DNA of 64,000 nt from Candidatus Binatia bacterium. GTDB taxonomy: Bacteria; Desulfobacterota; Binatia; HRBIN30. The notes below the pieces were generated by a model, which was not told the DNA's origin, did not search any database, and saw nothing but the letters and a program-made list of their open reading frames with translations. This document shows positions 1-6,500 of the stretch, piece by piece. Within the stretch, counting starts at the first letter, position 1. The number at the start of each line of letters is the position of its first letter. Made by a program: the position numbers and the translations under genes. The DNA lies in the NCBI GenBank assembly GCA_038245295.1, contig JBBRSP010000006.1:64001-128000 (forward strand), read 5' to 3'.

Positions 1-242
1 ACCTTGATCTCCCGGACCTCAAGTGTCCCCGTTGCCGGGGATGTCGCCGGCGGGACCAGACTGCCACTTGGTGGACTATCCGGCAGAGCAGCTTCTTGGC
101 CCTCACCCTGTACCGACGATGAGACCGACGAAACTGCCGGGTCCTCAGAAACGGATGGCTTCTTCGCACACCCGCTCACGAGGACCGCACTCGCGACGAT
201 CAGACCCCATCGAACCGCGGCCGACCCATTCCATCGCATCAT
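1..242 (-). CDS. pilQ: 5' part of probable type IV pilus secretin PilQ (runs off the window edge), with lipoprotein signal peptide
   Basis: Not in the ORF track. Translated by hand: MMRWNGSAAVRWGLIVASAVLVSG-CAKKP..., open to base 1. ATGA overlap with the pilP stop. The name rests on its position after pilMNOP; no secretin domain is visible in the window. Confidence 0.65.
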   Translation of the reverse strand, partial: MMRWNGSAAVRWGLIVASAVLVSGCAKKPSVSEDPAVSSVSSSVQGEGQEAALPDSPPSGSLVPPATSPATGTLEVREIK

Positions 243-733
243 TTTTGCTCCCGTCCTGGCTGGCTGGTGGCCCCCTCCTCTTTGGGAGTCTCCATGACGA
301 TTCGGTTCACCTGCTCGTTGCCGTAGAAGTCAACAACCTTCTCCTCGACAATCACCTTCTGGCGTTCGATTGCCGTTACCACGCCACCCGAGGGACCAAT
401 CGGGGTTCCGATGGAAACGATGTAACCCATTCCAACGCTATCCTCGATCATCGCTCGGGGTGGGTTTATCGACCACATCGTACCGACGACGGTGAGTTGT
501 CCCAGTTCCAGCTTTTGCAGCGGGCTAAGCTGGTCCGTGGATCGCTCCGGTCGCCGAATATCAACCGTGAAGGGCCGAAACGGATCTCGGCGGCCAACAG
601 GATTGTACGGCGGTGAATTGTCCGATGAATCGAGCACATCGCGTCCGGATGCTGCGTCGACGGTCGCAAAACTTCGCGAGGCACCTCCGGCGCCAAGCGC
701 AGTGACTACAAGGAGCCACGCCACTACCTTCAT
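239..733 (-). CDS. pilP: Type IV pilus assembly protein PilP
   Basis: YNPVGRRDPFRP and SPLQKLELGQLTVVG...AMIED...IG motifs; operon position after pilO. Confidence 0.9.
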   Translation of the reverse strand: MKVVAWLLVVTALGAGGASRSFATVDAASGRDVLDSSDNSPPYNPVGRRDPFRPFTVDIRRPERSTDQLSPLQKLELGQLTVVGTMWSINPPRAMIEDSVGMGYIVSIGTPIGPSGGVVTAIERQKVIVEEKVVDFYGNEQVNRIVMETPKEEGATSQPGREQK

Positions 734-1359
734 GGCTTGCCCCCCTTCTCTCGTTCCTTTTGCTTCGCGATTCGTTCGCGCTCGGCTTCATCAAGGAACC
801 GGTACGTAACCGCGGCGCACGAGGTATCCAGGGTAATCTCGCTCGCATCCAGCTTGTTCGGCTGCGTCTTGATGCTGACATCGTTGACGTTCACGATCCG
901 ATCCATGCGCCGAACTTTGTCGAAGAACGACGCCACCTGATGGAACGAACCGCGCACTAGGATGTCGACCGGTACGATGGCATAGAAATCCTGGAAGACT
1001 TCCGGTCGTTGCTTGAACTGGACGACGTCGAGACCGGATTCAATCCCGAGCGACGAGGTCTTGCTCAGCAAGTCCGGAATCTCCTTGGTGTCTGGCAGTT
1101 GGGCGACCGCTTTACGGAGGTCACCATCGAGTTGCGTGACGTCGCGGCGTGTCTGCTCAATATTCGCCACCAAGGCCAACTTGCGATCACGATCACTCTG
1201 CAGCGACTGGCGCGTGCTCTCCAGACCTTCGATCCGTGCGCTATTGGGCCAGTAGAAGAAATAGGCGTAGAGGAAGAGGATCAGAACGCCGCCTCCAATG
1301 AAGACCAGCATGCGCTGGCGCGGCGGGAGATCCAGGATACGTTCAACCAGTGCGTTCAC
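730..1359 (-). CDS. pilO: Type IV pilus assembly protein PilO
   Basis: N-terminal TM, coiled coil, QLPDTKEIPDLL and FYAIVPVDILVRGSFHQVASFF motifs. Start moved to GTG at 1359, which follows a GAGG RBS. Confidence 0.92.
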   Translation of the reverse strand: MNALVERILDLPPRQRMLVFIGGGVLILFLYAYFFYWPNSARIEGLESTRQSLQSDRDRKLALVANIEQTRRDVTQLDGDLRKAVAQLPDTKEIPDLLSKTSSLGIESGLDVVQFKQRPEVFQDFYAIVPVDILVRGSFHQVASFFDKVRRMDRIVNVNDVSIKTQPNKLDASEITLDTSCAAVTYRFLDEAERERIAKQKEREKGGKP

Positions 1360-1366
1360 GATATCC

Positions 1367-1981
1367 TCATTGCTTCGGCTTCGCGCTTGTTGCCGGGGTT
1401 GGTGGCGGAGCCACGGGTTTTCCACCATTTCCGAGATAATCGAGTCGCGCTTTAATGGTGAATTTTTTGAACGGGATTCCACCACTGGCAGCCGCCGTAA
1501 CTTGCGACGTTTCGACCAGATCAACGTCAAAATAGTATTTCGATGTCTGCAGCTGACGCATGAAGATGGCAATCGTCTGATTGTCGAGCGCCATTCCGTT
1601 TATCGTCGCGCTACCACCGACGTCGGTAAAATCCGTCAACCACAGCTTCTCGGGGGCGGCCGTCGATAGATCTTCGAGGATGCGAACTGGCCCGACGCGC
1701 TTCTGCTTCAATTCGTCGATGATTTTGAGCTTGGCCTGCAGATCGGCCTTCTTCTGATCCAGGTCTTTGACTTCTTTCGCCTGCGCCTCGAGTTTTGTGA
1801 TTTCCGTCTGTAAGTTGGCGGCCTCCGCCTCCAGCGCAGCAATCTGACGTTGCTGCAAGTACCAGGGAACCATCAGGACAATAATGGCAAGTAGAACCCC
1901 GAGGACCGCCATCGATATCTGCTGACGTCGACCGACGGCACGCTGCGCTTCCCGCAGAGGGAGTAGGTTAATGCGGATCAT
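1367..1981 (-). CDS. pilN: Type IV pilus assembly protein PilN
   Basis: N-terminal IRINLLP PilM-binding motif, TM, coiled coil, LWLTDF...INGMA. Confidence 0.95.
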   Translation of the reverse strand: MIRINLLPLREAQRAVGRRQQISMAVLGVLLAIIVLMVPWYLQQRQIAALEAEAANLQTEITKLEAQAKEVKDLDQKKADLQAKLKIIDELKQKRVGPVRILEDLSTAAPEKLWLTDFTDVGGSATINGMALDNQTIAIFMRQLQTSKYYFDVDLVETSQVTAAASGGIPFKKFTIKARLDYLGNGGKPVAPPPTPATSAKPKQ

Positions 1982-3087
1982 TTGTCGTCCGGCCTTCGCG
2001 TTGCCAGCCCTAGCGCAACGGCAAATTCTGACGCATGCTCTCGCAGTTCGGGCGTATCGGCGTCGCGGTCCAAGCTTACGTGGGAAAACGGATCCGCAAT
2101 CGTCGCCGGCGCCCCGACGCGTTCACCAAGTTGCTCGGCAAGCCCCGGCATTTTTGCAACACCACCGCTCAAGTAGACGTGGTCGATGGTTTCGTCGGTG
2201 GCCGCCGTCCAGAAGAAGCTCAGCGCATGATGGATCTCGTCGATCAGCGATGCCGCCGCACCTTCGATCACACCGGTAAGCTGATCAGCCGGCACGGTCT
2301 GCGCCGGCCGCCCTGCCTTGATCGCATCTGCTTCTTCCTGGCCGACGCCAAGGTCGCGCATGATGCCTTCCGTGATATCGCGGCCGCCAACCGGAACGTC
2401 GCCGGTGAACGTCGAACGGCCATTCTTCAAAATATTGATCGATGAATAGCGCGCGCCAATGTTGACCAGGGCGATGGCTCGACCCGGTGGGGAATCGTAG
2501 TTCGCTTCGAACATGTTCTCGACCGCGAAGTAGTCGACATCGACAATGACGGGGCTCAGATTTGCGGCGCGCAGGACATCGACATAACTGGCCACAATAT
2601 CCTTCTTGGCCGCTACGAGGATGACCTCCATACGCTTACCGTCGTCAATGTAGTCGGTAACTTGGTAGTCGAGATTCACGTTCTCGAGATCTTCGGGAAT
2701 GAAGTTGCCCGCCTCGAACAGAATCGTATTCTCGAGCTCTTTGGCGTTCTGCGCCGGCAACGTCACCCGCTTGATGATGACAGCAGGACCGGGGACCGCT
2801 GTGACAACCTTACGTGCCGAAATCCCTTTGCTGTCGAGCAGCGCTCGGATGCACTCTGCCACGGCAGCCTGTTCGTAGACGATGTTGTTTTGAATGGCCG
2901 AGGGTGGCGTTGGCAGCGACGCGGCTGCGCTGACACGCATCTGGCTGTCGCGACCGCGAACCTCGACAATCTTGATGCTGCTCGAACCGATGTCGACACT
3001 GACAAACGGCTCGTCGCCACGGAAAGGGTTGAGCTCAGAGAGCGACCCTGACAGCATCTGGCCAATTCTTCCAAAGGTACCGCCCAT
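1978..3087 (-). CDS. pilM: Type IV pilus assembly protein PilM (actin-like)
   Basis: VDIGSSSIKIVE, VILVAAKK, VNIGA and YLSGGVA motifs. Confidence 0.95.
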   Translation of the reverse strand: MGGTFGRIGQMLSGSLSELNPFRGDEPFVSVDIGSSSIKIVEVRGRDSQMRVSAAASLPTPPSAIQNNIVYEQAAVAECIRALLDSKGISARKVVTAVPGPAVIIKRVTLPAQNAKELENTILFEAGNFIPEDLENVNLDYQVTDYIDDGKRMEVILVAAKKDIVASYVDVLRAANLSPVIVDVDYFAVENMFEANYDSPPGRAIALVNIGARYSSINILKNGRSTFTGDVPVGGRDITEGIMRDLGVGQEEADAIKAGRPAQTVPADQLTGVIEGAAASLIDEIHHALSFFWTAATDETIDHVYLSGGVAKMPGLAEQLGERVGAPATIADPFSHVSLDRDADTPELREHASEFAVALGLATRRPDDK

Positions 3088-3172
3088 CAGGACGCTCCCA
3101 CAGTCTGCAACCTATGGTCCCCCCTCGCCTTCATCGTGACTTACTCGTCCCACCCACGGCACGAGCCCGGCG

Positions 3173-3202
3173 AGTATGGTTCCATGTGATTATCCGTGTC
3201 AA
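3173..3202 (-). promoter_or_regulatory. Candidate sigma70 promoter for the pil operon
   Basis: TTGACA-N18-CATACT on the minus strand, about 85 nt upstream of the pilM start. Confidence 0.5.
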
Positions 3203-3510
3203 CCGTCATCTGCTTTCTCGTTCTCGCTTCGCGTTTTGCCTGTAGAGCCAATATTGGGCCAACCCGAAGGTCGTCGTTTTCTTGCATACTTGCACCACTC
3301 TAGCCAGCTTCCCCAGCGGCAAACTTATGGCCAAGCCACCGATTTGGAACGCTATGCGCCCTGCCAGAAGAGTCGACAGTGAGGCCCGCACGTCCGATGC
3401 ATGTCCCAGACTTCACGCGTCGAGACAACAAACTGCCGTAAAAGTTGCGCGGCCAGGTGACTTAGGACGACGATTGGAGCAGAGCTGAACAACACGCAGG
3501 AGAGAATCTG

Positions 3511-5115
3511 ATGGCGGAAGAATCTGTTGACGTATTGATTGTCGGTGCCGGCGCTTCCGGGGCGGCGTTGGCTTGGAGCCTTGCGGACACGCGGATGAAC
3601 ATCCTTTGCCTTGAGCAGGGCGATTGGATGGATCCGGCCAAATACCCAGGGATGGCACACGATTGGGAATTGCGGCAATTGAGCGACTTCGGCTTCAGCC
3701 CCAATGGGCGCGGACGCCGCGAGGATTATCCGGTTAACGATGGAGACTCGCCGATCTCCGTTTCGATGTTTAATGCCGTCGGCGGCAGCACGATCCTGTA
3801 CGCCGGCCACTTTCCGCGCTTCCACCCATCGGACTTTCGGGTCCGCACCCTCGATGGTGTCGCCGATGATTGGCCGTTGGACTATCACCGACTTGCCCCT
3901 TACTACGCCCAGAACGAACGCATGATGGGTGTATCAGGCCTGGCTGGTGACCCAGCGTACCCGCCGAAGGACGTGCCTCTCCCTCCCCTACCCCTGGGCA
4001 AGCTCGGGGTGACGTTAGCAAATGGCTTCAACAAACTCGGTTGGCACTGGTGGCCCTCGGATAGTGCAATCACGAGTCGCCCCTACGAGGGTCGCGCCGA
4101 ATGCATCAACGCCGGCACCTGCCTACTCGGCTGCGCCCAAGGCGCCAAGGCAAGCACCGACATTACCTATTGGCCGGAAGCCTTGCGACACGGTGTCCAC
4201 ATCAAAACCAAATGTCGCGTTCGCGAAATCACCGTCGGCGAAAACGGCCTGGCTACCGGCGTGATCTATTACGACGCGGATGGTTTAGAACGCCGCCAGA
4301 AGGCTGAAGTAGTCGTGCTCGCGTGCAACGGCATCGGGACGCCGCGGCTCCTGCTCAACTCGCGATCCAAGGAGTTCCCCGACGGCCTGGCAAACCGTAG
4401 CGGCCTCGTCGGCAAGAACCTCATGTTCCACCCCTACGGCATGGTCACCGGCGTCTTCGACGATCCACTCGAAAGTTACAAAGGCGCGACCGGCTGCTGC
4501 ATCATGAGCCACGAGTTCTACGAAACGGATCGCTCGCGCGGATTCGTGCGCGGTTACTCGTTCGAGATCTCACGCGGCTTCGGCCCACTATTCACCGTCC
4601 TCTGGGGAATGATGCAACGCGGCATGCCGTGGGGGGCCGAACACCACCGCGCCTATGGCGAGATCTTCGAGCGAACCGCGGGCCTGCTGGCCATTTGCGA
4701 AGACCTTCCCGACCCCAACAACTGCGTTAGCCTGGACCCCAACCTGACCGATGCGGACGGAATCCCAGCACCGAAGATCAACTATCGCCTCAGCGACAAC
4801 AGCACCAAGATGCTCGCGCACGGGGTTGAGCGCGCCAAAGAAGTACTCGCCGCGGCAGGCGCCAAGGAGGCCCACGTCGAATCGCCGTTGCGTCTCGCCG
4901 GCTGGCACCTGATGGGAACCGCGCGGATGGGTGCCGACCCGAAAACATCCGTCGTGAATGAATGGGGCCGCTGCCACGATGTACGCAACCTGTTCATCAT
5001 AGATGGCAGCATCTTCGTCACCGCCGCGGCCGTGAACCCGACGTCGACGATTCAGGCGCTCACCCTGTATATCGCCGACACGATGAAGAAGAATCTCGCC
5101 AACCTGTTGGACTGA
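3511..5115 (+). CDS. GMC-family FAD oxidoreductase (glucose/gluconate dehydrogenase large-subunit-like)
   Basis: IVGAGASG FAD motif, VGGSTILY, C-x5-C-x3-C (CINAGTCLLGC), VGKNLMFH, HLMGTARMG, NPTSTI. AGGAG RBS. Confidence 0.92.
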   Translation: MAEESVDVLIVGAGASGAALAWSLADTRMNILCLEQGDWMDPAKYPGMAHDWELRQLSDFGFSPNGRGRREDYPVNDGDSPISVSMFNAVGGSTILYAGHFPRFHPSDFRVRTLDGVADDWPLDYHRLAPYYAQNERMMGVSGLAGDPAYPPKDVPLPPLPLGKLGVTLANGFNKLGWHWWPSDSAITSRPYEGRAECINAGTCLLGCAQGAKASTDITYWPEALRHGVHIKTKCRVREITVGENGLATGVIYYDADGLERRQKAEVVVLACNGIGTPRLLLNSRSKEFPDGLANRSGLVGKNLMFHPYGMVTGVFDDPLESYKGATGCCIMSHEFYETDRSRGFVRGYSFEISRGFGPLFTVLWGMMQRGMPWGAEHHRAYGEIFERTAGLLAICEDLPDPNNCVSLDPNLTDADGIPAPKINYRLSDNSTKMLAHGVERAKEVLAAAGAKEAHVESPLRLAGWHLMGTARMGADPKTSVVNEWGRCHDVRNLFIIDGSIFVTAAAVNPTSTIQALTLYIADTMKKNLANLLD

Positions 5116-5137
5116 TGCCGACGAAAGGGCAGTACAC

Positions 5138-5617
5138 ATGAGTCAGCAGAACCCATCCTCTGTGTTTTCGGAGCAAGAACAACGCACCCTCGCGGCCGTG
5201 CTCGACGAAATCATCCCACCCAATGCCGACAGGAAAATGCCGGGGGCCGGTGCAATTGGCGTGGCACGCTTCATCGAGGACACCACCCTTCGGCAGTCTC
5301 CCGAAACGTTGCCGATCGTGCAGAAAGGATTGGCGGCAGCCGATGAATTGGCGTTCTCCCGCAAAGCAACGCCATTCGCCGCGCTGTCGCCGAAGGATCG
5401 CCTCGACGTGCTACGCGAGCTCGAATCGACCACACCTTCATTCCTCTCGAGCCTGATTTTCCCGACCTTCCTCGGATACTACCAATCTCCGGCTGTTGGC
5501 ATCGCACTCGGGATTGGTTCCGATCCACCGCATCCCAAAGGATACTCGATGGAACCGTTCGACCTGGCTCTGCTCGACTCGGTGCGACGGCGACCCAAGC
5601 TCTATCGCGGCGGCTGA
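5138..5617 (+). CDS. Gluconate 2-dehydrogenase subunit-3-family protein (small subunit)
   Basis: LDEIIP...MPGAG...VARFI, FAALS and GYY motifs; directly downstream of the GMC gene; no twin-arginine leader. Confidence 0.8.
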   Translation: MSQQNPSSVFSEQEQRTLAAVLDEIIPPNADRKMPGAGAIGVARFIEDTTLRQSPETLPIVQKGLAAADELAFSRKATPFAALSPKDRLDVLRELESTTPSFLSSLIFPTFLGYYQSPAVGIALGIGSDPPHPKGYSMEPFDLALLDSVRRRPKLYRGG

Positions 5618-5779
5618 CGCCGAATGGCGCTGCCGGCCTGTGCCCGGCGAGGTGGATTAACTCCTCGCTCAGCTGCCGGGACACAAAAACCGTCGTCTAC
5701 ATAGGGATCGAATATCGACTCAAACTATTTTCGGGGTCGTGCTACGCAACGGCACCCGGCCACGGAGAGGAGAGCGACG

Positions 5780-6265
5780 ATGCAACACAACCCAGCGAAG
5801 GAAACGGCGACAATAGCTTGGCAGTTCTACTGCCGTCTTCAGCGACAGCGCCGCTTCGTGGTGCTCACCGGAAGCTTGGTGGCGTGGCTTGCCATCGCAT
5901 CCGCACCAACCGCCAGTGCCGCGGGCCCAAGCACGGTCGCCGTTAGTGGAGCGAATCTCTATCGGCGTTATTGCGCCTCGTGTCACGGTAGTGATGGCAA
6001 GGGAAATGGACCGGCCACGCCAGCAATGGTGACACCTCCCACCGACTTAACCATGCTAGCTCGCCACAACGCGGGGAAGTTCGATCTGCGCGGCGTGATC
6101 GCCGTCATCGACGGGCGGCGTAACATCGCTGCCCACGGGTCGCGTGAGATGCCGGTCTGGGGTGCTGTCTTCGATGAGGAGCTCAAGGGGCAACCCTATT
6201 CGGAATACACCACACTCCTACGCGCCAAGACCCTCGCGGAGTACCTCGCCACGATCCAACAATGA
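5780..6265 (+). CDS. Exported monoheme c-type cytochrome
   Basis: Hydrophobic leader, CASCH heme motif, GKGNGP, PTDLT, HGSREMPVWG with a distal Met. GGAGAGGAG RBS. Confidence 0.9.
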   Translation: MQHNPAKETATIAWQFYCRLQRQRRFVVLTGSLVAWLAIASAPTASAAGPSTVAVSGANLYRRYCASCHGSDGKGNGPATPAMVTPPTDLTMLARHNAGKFDLRGVIAVIDGRRNIAAHGSREMPVWGAVFDEELKGQPYSEYTTLLRAKTLAEYLATIQQ

Positions 6266-6500
6266 GGAGCGTCAAGGAGTCGGACGGTGCAGCGGCCACC
6301 GAACTCGCCGCTGGTAAGGTTCCTTGGCCCTGCACGTCCGTTGGGCAACGAGACGCCGCATGCCTACTGCGCGGCGACTCGTCGCTGGCCTGGTTGCTCC
6401 GTTGGTGCGGCAGATCCTGGCATCGACGAAGAAGGGTTGACGAGCCGCTCCTCAGCTAATTCTTGATGGCGCCAAGACACCTCGTGCGGTAGACGAACGT

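Noticed and set aside
5840..5870. Twin-arginine signal on the cytochrome c (QRRFVV)
   Set aside because: Poor match to S/T-R-R-x-F-L-K, and c-type cytochromes are normally Sec substrates.
6263..6454. 6S RNA assignment for the structured intergenic region
   Set aside because: The size fits, but the pairing I can trace is multibranched, not a rod with a central bubble.
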